From contig NVWV01000005.1 in the NCBI GenBank assembly GCA_002746305.1, positions 205,126 through 269,125 on the forward strand: a DNA stretch of 64,000 nt. Direction: 5' to 3'. The notes under the pieces are model-generated. The model ran no database searches. It was not told where the DNA came from and saw nothing but the letters and a program-made list of their open reading frames with translations. Positions within the stretch are counted from its first letter, which is position 1. Each line of letters begins with the position of its first letter. This document shows positions 38,805 through 47,995 of the stretch, in pieces. A program made the translations under genes and the position numbers. Source of the stretch: Bacteroidota bacterium (GTDB taxonomy: Bacteria > Bacteroidota > Bacteroidia > NS11-12g > UBA9320).

Positions 38805-39535
38805 AGTGGTTGGTTTACATATCATCTTTATTGCTTGTACTAGGATGTGGAGAGAATAGGAATGATGACTGCATAACATCTTTGGGAAACGATGGCAGCA
38901 ATACACGTCTGGTAGATAAATTTACTAAAATTTATGTAGAAGATAGAATTAAACTGCTACTGGTTCAAGATAGTGCGAATGCTGGAATTATAGAATTAAG
39001 GGGTCCTGAAAATTTATTGGAACAGGTAACTACAATAGTTGAGGATGGTGAGTTAAAACTAAAGAATCGGAATACGTGTAATTTTGTTAGGAGCTTTAAT
39101 TACGAACTAGCAGTAAAAGTATACTTTGCTGATTTGGATAAACTAACGGTGGAGTCCATTGCTGAAGTAAAAAGTCAAGACACTATAAAAATAGATAGAC
39201 TTGAAATATACCACAATGCCTTGTCGGATATTAGCTTATCACTATTTGGAAATGAAGTGTTCGTACAATCTAAGAATTCGGCTCAAACCACATTAAATGG
39301 TGTTGTGAGGGTCTTAAAAGGGACTATTGAGGAAATATCTAATCTAGATGCGTATAGCTTGCGATGTGAAGAGGTATTGCTGGATAGTCATACTCCATTG
39401 GCTTGTGAAGTGAATGCAACGAATGGTCTGTATATCAAGATCTATAACTCTGGTGATGTTTTATATAAGGATGAGCCTAGTGATTATAAGATACTTGAAG
39501 TAAACACTGGAAGTGGAAAGTTGAAAAAAAAATAA
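38801..39535 (+). CDS. DUF2807 (GIN/head domain) lipoprotein
   Basis: Lipobox VLGC; ENLLEQV...GEL.L.N.N.CN.VR; SGDVLY ending. Confidence 0.7.
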   Translation: MKWLVYISSLLLVLGCGENRNDDCITSLGNDGSNTRLVDKFTKIYVEDRIKLLLVQDSANAGIIELRGPENLLEQVTTIVEDGELKLKNRNTCNFVRSFNYELAVKVYFADLDKLTVESIAEVKSQDTIKIDRLEIYHNALSDISLSLFGNEVFVQSKNSAQTTLNGVVRVLKGTIEEISNLDAYSLRCEEVLLDSHTPLACEVNATNGLYIKIYNSGDVLYKDEPSDYKILEVNTGSGKLKKK

Positions 39536-39587
39536 AGGACCTAAGATAAGGCCCTCTATTCTAACTAACCAATTATGAAAAACTAAC

Positions 39588-40007
39588 TTACTTTATTCTA
39601 ATTTCTTTTGGTTTAACCTCTTCCTGTTTTGCAATGGTGATGTTAAGAATACCATTCTCGTAGCTGGCCACTATGCCATCATGGGTCGCATTTTTTGGGA
39701 GTCTTACAGATCGACTGAAATTACCATAGTTAAATTCGTTTATCAATCTCTTTCCGGCTGTTTCAACAATTTTCCGTTCTCCTGTTATTCTCAATAAGTT
39801 CCCTTCTTGTTTTATAGATATCTCTTCTTTTTTGATACCAGGAAGAGCCAAGTTGAGTTGATAGTCTATATCATTTTCAATAAGTTCCAGTCTTGGTCTA
39901 AAGGAAGTTGGATTGGCACCTTCCTCTTTAAAAATGTCATTTACAATGCTTCCAAAGTTGCTTACGAGCATATCTGATAATAGTGTTGGATGTGTTTTAA
40001 CGTTCAT
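39588..40007 (-). CDS. Small heat shock protein Hsp20 / alpha-crystallin
   Basis: LPGIKKEEI, GNFSRSVRLP, ASYENGILNI; likely start ATG 40007. Confidence 0.9.
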   Translation of the reverse strand: MNVKTHPTLLSDMLVSNFGSIVNDIFKEEGANPTSFRPRLELIENDIDYQLNLALPGIKKEEISIKQEGNLLRITGERKIVETAGKRLINEFNYGNFSRSVRLPKNATHDGIVASYENGILNITIAKQEEVKPKEIRIK

Positions 40008-40113
40008 AATAATTTTCTTTGGAATATGAAGGTCAATTCTTATTCCTAAGCGGAATAAACGCCATATTGGCACGTATTAATTTTTTGCATGATAAAATGC
40101 CGACATATTGGCG

Positions 40114-40773
40114 TTATTTTGCAATTATTATCTGATTTAAGTCTTGGAAACTGGCAGAGGATACGTTTTTATAGTGCCTGCTCAATTTTAGAATTAATTC
40201 CGAAATATTTTTATGGTCTAGTTCAGTTCTTTTGATTGTATTGAAGACAAGAATTGTATTTGTATTGGAAATGCTTTTTAAGCTAGAAATGAATGGTTTT
40301 GTAAAGATAAAATCTACGTTATCTAGTTCCTTAAAAAGATCAATAAATATTAAGTCGTATTGGTCCTTACACTGGTTTAGAAAGTCGAAAGCATCAATAG
40401 CAATAAGTTCGGGCTTAAGTGAATAATTGGGTTCAAAATGTTTTTTGAATAGTGAGATGATTATGGGGTCGTATTCAATTCCAGTAATTTCCCCGTTATA
40501 GGAATGTTTTTTTTCTAATAAATGGAGTATGCTTCCACAGCCAAAACCGAGTATTAGTGTATTTTGTACAGAAGAAATATCCTTTTCAATTAGACCAATT
40601 GCTTTTTCAAAAACACCATAACCATTGCCGAAGGAGAAATTTGCATCCTTTGTATTGAGCATTTTTTTTCCTTGACTCCAGACAACTTCCAAGTAGTCAT
40701 TATGCTCAGATGAGGTTTTTTCTATGGGGATGTCCCATAGAAAGGAAGCTATTTTTATAAGTATTTCTTTCAT
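40114..40773 (-). CDS. Class I SAM-dependent methyltransferase (spermidine-synthase-like)
   Basis: LILGFGCGS, GIEYD, DAFDF, YDLIFIDLF. Confidence 0.75.
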   Translation of the reverse strand: MKEILIKIASFLWDIPIEKTSSEHNDYLEVVWSQGKKMLNTKDANFSFGNGYGVFEKAIGLIEKDISSVQNTLILGFGCGSILHLLEKKHSYNGEITGIEYDPIIISLFKKHFEPNYSLKPELIAIDAFDFLNQCKDQYDLIFIDLFKELDNVDFIFTKPFISSLKSISNTNTILVFNTIKRTELDHKNISELILKLSRHYKNVSSASFQDLNQIIIAK

Positions 40774-40805
40774 AAAAAAAGCCCTCTACAAATGGTAGAA
40801 GGCTT
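40774..40805 (-). terminator. Intrinsic terminator of 40830..43541
   Basis: AAGCCCTCTAC-AAATG-GTAGAAGGCTT with an A7 run on the + strand. Confidence 0.7.
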
Positions 40806-40829
40806 AGGATTATTTTTTGTGATTACAAC

Positions 40830-43541
40830 TTAATGTTGAACTATTATTTTAGAAACAGCCTTTGTACCATCACCAATAACTTCCACGAAGTAATTTCCGT
40901 TGTTAAATCTATCTGTAGCAATTTTAATTAAGCCAATGTTAGTACCCTCTTGAGAGTGAATTATCTGACCATTTATACCATAGACTTTTAGCATATATTT
41001 ACCTTTTACGTCGGTATCAATATTTACAAAGTTGTTAGCTGGGTTAGGATATGCACTGATATAAACTGTAGTTTCATTCTTTGTGAGTTTTGGTACACCA
41101 GTTAATAAAGACTTGCTTTCCCAAACACCCATTCCGTGAGTACCAGCATATATTCTTGGACCACTCCACGTCTTATTTTCAACCTGAGTAATATCAAATA
41201 CGGGTACTCGTGGCATTGGTCTATCTGTATCAATGCCGTCTAGAGCTTCTCCCCATGTAGGGTTAGTGCTTGTTCCATTATTGGTAGCCCATACGCCAAA
41301 CTCTGTTCCTAGTATTATAATATCTGGATCATCAACACTAATTAAAGCATGATAAACAGGAAAATCAGGAAGTGTTCCGTGTATACTATTCCATGTAGGG
41401 CTTGCCACTAAGGCGTCATTAGTTGTATAAACATAATTAGTATTTCCATAGTTACCCAAGGAGATAACAAGTCTACTTGCATTTGACTCGTCTATTGCAA
41501 TAGAGGTAACCACTCGGCCACTTATACTCATATTACCTGTGATATTTGTTTGATTTAAGTTGGCAGCAATTTGATTGTAGGCAGGTAAGGAAATAGTATC
41601 AAATTGAGTGGTTAATAAGCTGTCAATTCTATAAACTCGACCACTATTCGTTCCTATGAATAGTGAACTACCGTCAACAGTAGTTTCAATATAGTGAACA
41701 TTGGTTAAACTAGAAATTCTAAACCATCGAATTGAACCATCCTTGTTTACGTTAGGTTCGAATGGAGCAGAAAGTGCATTTTGACACATCCAAATACCAT
41801 CATCCATGGCATAGTATAATCTAGAATCAATTAAAGTATCTTCTCCTTCTACTGGTCCTCTTAGCTTAACAGAATCTACAATCAAAGGATCTTCCCATAG
41901 GCAAAGAGGGTTGTTAAAATAGCCAGTTGGCCTAGAATTAGATTGAAACGAAGCTGTTATTCTATTGTCCCATATACTGCCCATACTTGAGCCACTAGTA
42001 ACAGATCTTCTTAAGTTACCATATTGACTTTCTCCAAATAAGATGTCAGTATTAAACTCAGAAAATGCACATTCAAAACCATCTCCTCCTAAAATATCAA
42101 TACCAGGATTTCTTGGATAAGATTCGCCAGTTATGAGAATTGTATTATTATCTTGAGTACCTCCAATAATTCTGCCATTAAGATCGGCATCTACTGCGAA
42201 AAATTGAGTGCTAATAAGGCCAGTACTTAAATCTTTATATCTAGACAAATCTTCATCGGTAGTTCTTGCAACTCCCCCATCAGAACACACATACATTATT
42301 GGATCAGTGCCACTGTTATCAAATGTAATGTAATGTTTATCAGAATGTAGTCCGAATGGATTCTGAGGAGAATTGAATGTATTTCCAACCATTCTAGGTC
42401 CATTTTCAAGTGTCCATTCTGCAAATCCAACTCCACCAATGAATACTCTATTTTCATTTCTTGGGTGAACAGCAATTGCCATATCATATTCTCCTTGACC
42501 TTGGATTCCTATATTGGTAAAGGGTGCGAAGAACTGGCTAATTTGTCCTACTTCTTTAATAAATGTAATTCCGGCATCGTCCGATTTATATAAGCCAGTT
42601 AAAGATCCAGAGTAGGCTTGACCATCTAGACTGGCACTACCGACAGTTACAATATAGCAGAAGTTTGGGTCTGATTCAGACCATGCAGTTGCAGCTCTTG
42701 AGCTCGTTGGTATATCCGTTACTCTTTCGTAAGAAGTACTGGTTGTTGGGTCAGTAGATCGATATACGCTATTTCCGACATAAGCCATTACTGTACCTGT
42801 CTTGCTAATTGCAATATCTCTACAACTACCACCTCTTAATACTGTCCAAGAGTCTCCTCCATCATCTGAATATCTAAGTCCTGTTGTAGATCCTGCAAAA
42901 AGAATGTTTTGTGAAGGATGAGCTCTAAGTACTAGGATATTTCCAAATGAGGCTGTACCAGCTACTGAAGTAAAAGTCTCCCCATCTGTAGATTTATATA
43001 TTCCCATTCCGTCGAAACCACTGTTCTCTCTACCACTAGAGTTAATAAGCAAAAGGCCATTCTCACCCGTTCCGTAATAAAGATCTCCATCTGTGGTTTG
43101 GGCCATACTAACTACACCGAAATTGTCATCCCCTAAGTTTATTGGATACCAACTTCCTCCGCCGTTTTCAGACTTAAATACCGAGCCTGAAACACCCCCA
43201 GTGTATAGAAGTGAAGGGTTATCTTTATCAATTACTAAACATCTAGTTCTACCACCAACGTTATCAGGGCCTCTAAATTCCCAATTGATTGGCCAGTTAG
43301 CTTTAAACTTGTTATTGCTTTGACCTTTAATTTGGGCTACTGCATTTACAACATCATCATGTGCAATAACGCCAGTGATTTGGTTTGCTTTTAATGACTG
43401 TAAGTAGTCTGCATAACCGTTAATGGCCTGAGTCAGCTTTACTCTAGGTGAGTATGACTTATCATTATGCGATAGATTAAGAACTATGGTTCCTGTGATC
43501 AGGCACAATGTAAAAATGGATAGTAATGTCTTTTTATTCAT
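40830..43541 (-). CDS. T9SS cargo BNR/Asp-box (VPS10/sortilin-like) beta-propeller protein
   Basis: WEFRGPDNVGGRTR, repeated SxDGGxSW Asp-boxes, GGTQDN, GTHGMGVW; AYPNPA...GNYFV CTD. Confidence 0.8.
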   Translation of the reverse strand: MNKKTLLSIFTLCLITGTIVLNLSHNDKSYSPRVKLTQAINGYADYLQSLKANQITGVIAHDDVVNAVAQIKGQSNNKFKANWPINWEFRGPDNVGGRTRCLVIDKDNPSLLYTGGVSGSVFKSENGGGSWYPINLGDDNFGVVSMAQTTDGDLYYGTGENGLLLINSSGRENSGFDGMGIYKSTDGETFTSVAGTASFGNILVLRAHPSQNILFAGSTTGLRYSDDGGDSWTVLRGGSCRDIAISKTGTVMAYVGNSVYRSTDPTTSTSYERVTDIPTSSRAATAWSESDPNFCYIVTVGSASLDGQAYSGSLTGLYKSDDAGITFIKEVGQISQFFAPFTNIGIQGQGEYDMAIAVHPRNENRVFIGGVGFAEWTLENGPRMVGNTFNSPQNPFGLHSDKHYITFDNSGTDPIMYVCSDGGVARTTDEDLSRYKDLSTGLISTQFFAVDADLNGRIIGGTQDNNTILITGESYPRNPGIDILGGDGFECAFSEFNTDILFGESQYGNLRRSVTSGSSMGSIWDNRITASFQSNSRPTGYFNNPLCLWEDPLIVDSVKLRGPVEGEDTLIDSRLYYAMDDGIWMCQNALSAPFEPNVNKDGSIRWFRISSLTNVHYIETTVDGSSLFIGTNSGRVYRIDSLLTTQFDTISLPAYNQIAANLNQTNITGNMSISGRVVTSIAIDESNASRLVISLGNYGNTNYVYTTNDALVASPTWNSIHGTLPDFPVYHALISVDDPDIIILGTEFGVWATNNGTSTNPTWGEALDGIDTDRPMPRVPVFDITQVENKTWSGPRIYAGTHGMGVWESKSLLTGVPKLTKNETTVYISAYPNPANNFVNIDTDVKGKYMLKVYGINGQIIHSQEGTNIGLIKIATDRFNNGNYFVEVIGDGTKAVSKIIVQH

Positions 43542-43653
43542 ATTAACCGTATAATTTTAAAAGATTGAACACACAAATTTAGTTTTTGATTTTACACTAT
43601 CAAGTATAAGTTAAGCAAGAAGCAGTTTTGATTAACAAACGTTTAGACTGGTC

Positions 43654-44400
43654 TCAATATCTGCCAATGGAATATGCAGTATATATTGATGTAAATACCT
43701 TTTGATTAGAGTTATATAAGATTTTGAAGTCCTTAGGAAAGTAGTCAATACGGATACCACTCTTCCATTCTTTAAAATGAAAGGAATTATTCCAGTTAAC
43801 TGTGAAATGGGCGTCAAAATTTAAACCCAATTTTGGTTCAATTTCAGAGAACCCTCTGGTCCAACTAGCTGGTCCATATATATAATCCTGATTTTCGTTT
43901 GTATATTCATTTTGTTGAATCAATTGTGGTTGATCAACCAAAGACTCAGGGTCTTGAAAACCAATGTAATAGGGTTTCAAAATACCTAGAGTTGGTCCTG
44001 CTGAGAACCCATAGGATAATTTTGGCAAGCTCAGTTTAGAAGCTCCTATATTCTTGTTAAATCCGTAGTTAAACCGGATAGTTCCTGCAGAATTTAACTT
44101 GCCAAATACATATGGCTTTGGATTACTCCGATTTGGATTTTGAACTTTTGTTTCATTAGGATGTGAAAAAGTGCTTATTGAGATTCTGAACTTAGAGAAG
44201 TCGCTTTTTAAAATTGCCTTTGTACCAAATGCTAGGTCTAACCCAACTCCATTTGTACTAATTTGACCTCCAATGGAATAATTATTCAGGACCTTGTTTT
44301 GTGCCATTGTACTGATTTGAAGAAATACTAATATAATCAAGAAGCTAAAGCACATAAAGTCTTTAAAATCTCTATTTTCTGTATTAATACCTCTCTTCAC
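43654..44400 (-). CDS. Conserved Bacteroidota hypothetical outer-membrane protein
   Basis: TNGxG, HPNE, YVFGKLN, LKPYY motifs; beta-strand-rich sequence. Confidence 0.6.
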   Translation of the reverse strand: MKRGINTENRDFKDFMCFSFLIILVFLQISTMAQNKVLNNYSIGGQISTNGVGLDLAFGTKAILKSDFSKFRISISTFSHPNETKVQNPNRSNPKPYVFGKLNSAGTIRFNYGFNKNIGASKLSLPKLSYGFSAGPTLGILKPYYIGFQDPESLVDQPQLIQQNEYTNENQDYIYGPASWTRGFSEIEPKLGLNFDAHFTVNWNNSFHFKEWKSGIRIDYFPKDFKILYNSNQKVFTSIYTAYSIGRY

Positions 44401-44451
44401 ATCGTAAAAATAGTAAATAATTATATTATTTGCTTTAACTAAAGTGAAAAT

Positions 44452-44853
44452 ATGACATCAAAGGTAATTTACGAAGGAAATTTAAGAGTGGTTTGTGAGC
44501 ATGTTAAATCAGGGTCTCAGATTGTTACGGATGCTCCTACTGATAATAATGGGAAGGGCGAGCGATTTTCTCCAACTGATCTAGTCGCTACTGCATTGGC
44601 TTCTTGTATGATAACTGTAATGGGTATCAAGGCAAATGAGTCAGGGATTCCTTTTAGTATGGTTAGTGCTGAAATAATCAAAGTAATGGCAGCAGGTCCT
44701 AGAAGGATTACAGAAGTTAAAATTCTTATAGAGGTTGCAGATAAATGGAATGAAAAGCAGCGAGAATTAATGGAGAATACAGGTCGTAGTTGTCCAGTTG
44801 CTAAGAGCTTACATTCAGATTTAATACAAAATATTTCGTTTGTCTATAAATGA
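44452..44853 (+). CDS. OsmC family protein
   Basis: TDAPTDNNGKG, FSPTDL..ALASC, CPVAKSL. Confidence 0.9.
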   Translation: MTSKVIYEGNLRVVCEHVKSGSQIVTDAPTDNNGKGERFSPTDLVATALASCMITVMGIKANESGIPFSMVSAEIIKVMAAGPRRITEVKILIEVADKWNEKQRELMENTGRSCPVAKSLHSDLIQNISFVYK

Positions 44854-45164
44854 GATAGGATAACGGAAGGACGAATATTCATGTGAGATGCGGTATGCAC
44901 GACCTTGCCATTTTTTAGTACGATTACTTGAGGGGATTCATGTGGAACATCTAGTTCCTCTGCAATCTGTAAGGATATAGACCTATTTGCAACTACGTCA
45001 ATGAGAGTGAATTTAGCAGAAGAGTTGAGCTCTTGTCGAGCATCTTTAATTCTTCTAAAAGCTATATCACTTATAGAACACCGATTGCTATGTTTGAAAA
45101 TAATAACAGGTGAATCACTGCTCAGCAAGGAGGCTATATCTATTGATGTAGAATACTCCCACAT
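44844..45164 (-). CDS. ytxJ: Bacillithiol-system redox protein YtxJ (DUF2847)
   Basis: IFKHSNRCSIS, HESPQ, ASH motifs. Confidence 0.85.
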   Translation of the reverse strand: MWEYSTSIDIASLLSSDSPVIIFKHSNRCSISDIAFRRIKDARQELNSSAKFTLIDVVANRSISLQIAEELDVPHESPQVIVLKNGKVVHTASHMNIRPSVILSHL

Positions 45165-45168
45165 AAAA

Positions 45169-45303
45169 TTAACCGATGTTGTTTACCTGTACAGTGGATA
45201 CATAGCCAACTCCTGGGCAGGCATCTCTAGATCTACAAGAAGAGAATAATGCAGAGATGAATAGAGCAATAGCAAATATGGATAAGATTTTTTTTACGTT
45301 CAT
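45169..45303 (-). CDS. Small 44-aa lipoprotein (not in ORF track)
   Basis: Manual translation MNVKKILSIFAIALFISALFSSCRSRDACPGVGYVSTVQVNNIG*; basic N-terminus, hydrophobic core, lipobox FSSC; stop codon 4 nt before the ytxJ start. Confidence 0.7.
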   Translation of the reverse strand: MNVKKILSIFAIALFISALFSSCRSRDACPGVGYVSTVQVNNIG

Positions 45304-45360
45304 GATTGTAATTTAATATTGTGATACTTATTTAATTTAACGATAAATATCACTTTAATA

Positions 45361-46551
45361 GTGCAAAGTAAAGACATTATAGATGTATTAGAAAGTAAAG
45401 AAGCGGTAAGCTTTATACGTGCTCATATCAATGATAACGTTAGTAAGCTGTCACTTAGGTTCTCTGGCAATGTAAATTTTAATATTACTGTATGCTTACA
45501 ATTGATGTCACTTTATAAAAAGGTTCAAAAGAAGATTCCTTTTTTTTATGATAATCTTTTGGCGTTGGATCAACGTTCATATGAACAATGCACTTCTTCT
45601 GAAGTTGCGAAGTATAAAAGTAGTTTCATTAGTGGTTCAAGCATTTTAGATATAACAGGTGGTTTAGGTATTGATAGTATTTTTTTGGCAAATGGATTTA
45701 GTGATACTACAGTGGTAGAACGAAATAAGGAGCTTCATGATTTAGCTTGTTATAATGTAAAAAAGCTTGGTTTTACTACAATACATAGAGTCCACGGCAA
45801 TGGATTGGATTACCTAAACGATTATTATGATTGGATTTATATAGATCCCGATAGAAGAAAGGAGTCAAAAAGAAATGTAGTACTGGAAAATTTGGAACCC
45901 AATATACTTGAGTTGATTCCAAAATTAAGAAAGGCCTGTAATTTTACCTATCTTAAACTGTCCCCTTTATATGATTTGTCAGAGGTCTGGAGATGCTTTG
46001 AGGATGTTAAAGAAATTCATATAGTAGCAGAGAAGGGAGAGATTAAGGAGGTTGGTGTTTTGCTAGATTTTAAGAATAAATGGTTGAATCCCTCCATTAT
46101 TTTAAAAGAGGTTACCACGAACTTTCTAGAAGTTATTTCAAGGAGCAATTGTGATTCGAAATTGTTAGAATATTATGATTCAGATGACACTCGGAATGTA
46201 TTAATTCCAACAGCATTGATTGCAAAAAGTAGATCTGAGAAATATTTCTTGAGAGCTATTAACGTCAAAAAACACTATGCTTTTAATCTTTACTTTAGCA
46301 ATGAAGATGAAGTTAAAGGGTTTAGAAGTTTTCGGATTCTTGAACGAACCACTAATTTGTCAGTGAAAAGAATCAAGGAGATTCTTCGGGTCAAGGGCAT
46401 TTCACAAGTAAACCTAGTTGTAAAAGGTCTTAGGGATAATCCAGAAATTTGGCATAAAAAACTAAAGACTAGAGATGGAGGTTGCTACTATCTGTTTATT
46501 TTAAAATCAAAAAAGAGCGAATCTTATCTCTGTGAGTTTATTTCTTCTTAG
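45361..46551 (+). CDS. Class I SAM methyltransferase with THUMP-like domain
   Basis: EQCTS..A.YK, DITGGLGID, YIDPDRR, KLSP. Confidence 0.8.
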   Translation: MQSKDIIDVLESKEAVSFIRAHINDNVSKLSLRFSGNVNFNITVCLQLMSLYKKVQKKIPFFYDNLLALDQRSYEQCTSSEVAKYKSSFISGSSILDITGGLGIDSIFLANGFSDTTVVERNKELHDLACYNVKKLGFTTIHRVHGNGLDYLNDYYDWIYIDPDRRKESKRNVVLENLEPNILELIPKLRKACNFTYLKLSPLYDLSEVWRCFEDVKEIHIVAEKGEIKEVGVLLDFKNKWLNPSIILKEVTTNFLEVISRSNCDSKLLEYYDSDDTRNVLIPTALIAKSRSEKYFLRAINVKKHYAFNLYFSNEDEVKGFRSFRILERTTNLSVKRIKEILRVKGISQVNLVVKGLRDNPEIWHKKLKTRDGGCYYLFILKSKKSESYLCEFISS

Positions 46552-47281
46552 AAATAATAAATGCATTTAATGCGGCCACCATACTAGGATGTTCAGAAGT
46601 CGGAGCATAAATGGTATTGTCAAGTCCTGCTTCTTCCAAGGCTGCGTTTGTTGTTTTCCCCCAGCCGGCTATAGCCCTATCTTCTTGAATAAAATCTGGG
46701 AAGTTTGCAAATAATGAAGAAATCCCCTGCGGACTAAAGAAAACTAAGATGTCATAGTAAACACTTGCAAGATCTGATAAATCAGAATTAACAGTATTGT
46801 ACATAATAGCCTCAGTATAGGTAATATTCATCTCATTGAGATAATTTGGGATACTTTCCTTTCTGATATTAGAGCAAGGAAATAGGTAATTAAGGGCTTT
46901 GTGCTTTTTTAGCAGCTCAAAGAACGATGCTTCAGTCCCTTTGCCAACAAACATTTTACGCTTTCTAAGTTGGGTATACTTTTGAATGTATAGTGAAACA
47001 CCTTCATTTGTACAGAAATACTTCATAGTAGGAGGTATTTCTACCTTCATTTCTTCTACTATTCTAAAGAAATGGTCTATTGCATTCCGAGAATTAAAGA
47101 TGATTGCATCGTGATTGAGAATACGTAGTTTTTGTTTTCGTAATTCTCTAGCTGGTACACCAACAACTTCTATAAAAGGGTGAAAATCAACTTTTACACC
47201 GTGTTTTTCGGCAAGAGTGTCATACACCGTTTTTTTGCCACCAGGATGTGGCTGGGATATTAATATACTTTTAACGCTCAA
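46538..47281 (-). CDS. hemD: Uroporphyrinogen-III synthase
   Basis: VKSILISQP, YIQKY..RKRK, FFSPQGI: Bacteroidota HemD-like. Confidence 0.8.
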   Translation of the reverse strand: MSVKSILISQPHPGGKKTVYDTLAEKHGVKVDFHPFIEVVGVPARELRKQKLRILNHDAIIFNSRNAIDHFFRIVEEMKVEIPPTMKYFCTNEGVSLYIQKYTQLRKRKMFVGKGTEASFFELLKKHKALNYLFPCSNIRKESIPNYLNEMNITYTEAIMYNTVNSDLSDLASVYYDILVFFSPQGISSLFANFPDFIQEDRAIAGWGKTTNAALEEAGLDNTIYAPTSEHPSMVAALNAFIISKKK

Positions 47282-47291
47282 TATTACCTCC

Positions 47292-47972
47292 TTAGCTATT
47301 TACGAAAAGCACCTTTGCCGCAACTAGTGCAGGTACTATTTCGAACGTGCAAAGGTAAACAAAAACTGTAAGGATAGGGTACTTAAAGTGATTCTGTAGC
47401 ATTAGTATGGTGCCAAAAAGCCGTAATAGAAAGTAGATTACAGCTATAATTATTATCAAAATAAAAATGTCACTATCTAGTTTTAAATAGAAAATATCGA
47501 TAATTAGTAAAATGCCGATGATCAAGGTGAGCCATTGGTTTAAACTATATTGGAAGTCGATTATTTGGTCACCTAAAACAGGGGACTTGTGTAGTGAGAA
47601 GTACAATTTATTGGCGATAAATTTGATAAAAAATAGAAGTCCAACAACGCCTAAAATGATTAGAAAATTTGAAAAATTTATCGATCCAGATTTGTACTTT
47701 TCACCTATTTGATAGGTATAAATGAGCAAAGTTATGGTGAAAAGGGTCGTCACCAAAGAGCTTATTCTAAACAGATAGTTGGACGTATGTTTCTCACTTC
47801 GCCAATTAAATCGTTGTATAGGAATGATAGAAAGTAACTTCATTGATTGAAACCACTTATTATTGGCCGTATAGAGAAATGCTACTAAAATTAATAGAAA
47901 GAGCACTACAGCCTTAATTATTAAAGGTGTTTCATTCCTAAGGATTAAATCAAATAAAACGTGCAAAATCAC
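47292..47972 (-). CDS. DUF4271 membrane protein
   Basis: Multiple TM helices ending YLCTFEIVP; usual position upstream of hemD. Confidence 0.75.
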   Translation of the reverse strand: MILHVLFDLILRNETPLIIKAVVLFLLILVAFLYTANNKWFQSMKLLSIIPIQRFNWRSEKHTSNYLFRISSLVTTLFTITLLIYTYQIGEKYKSGSINFSNFLIILGVVGLLFFIKFIANKLYFSLHKSPVLGDQIIDFQYSLNQWLTLIIGILLIIDIFYLKLDSDIFILIIIIAVIYFLLRLFGTILMLQNHFKYPILTVFVYLCTFEIVPALVAAKVLFVNS

Positions 47973-47995
47973 TTGTGCAAAGGTTGTCTTTTTAA

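Noticed and set aside
40008-40073. N-terminal extension of Hsp20 in the ORF track
   Set aside because: Overlaps the putative regulatory boxes; ATG 40007 with an A-rich upstream context gives a normal-sized sHsp.
44452-45164. OsmC + YtxJ as a novel redox system
   Set aside because: Both are common Bacteroidota genes and are convergent rather than co-transcribed.
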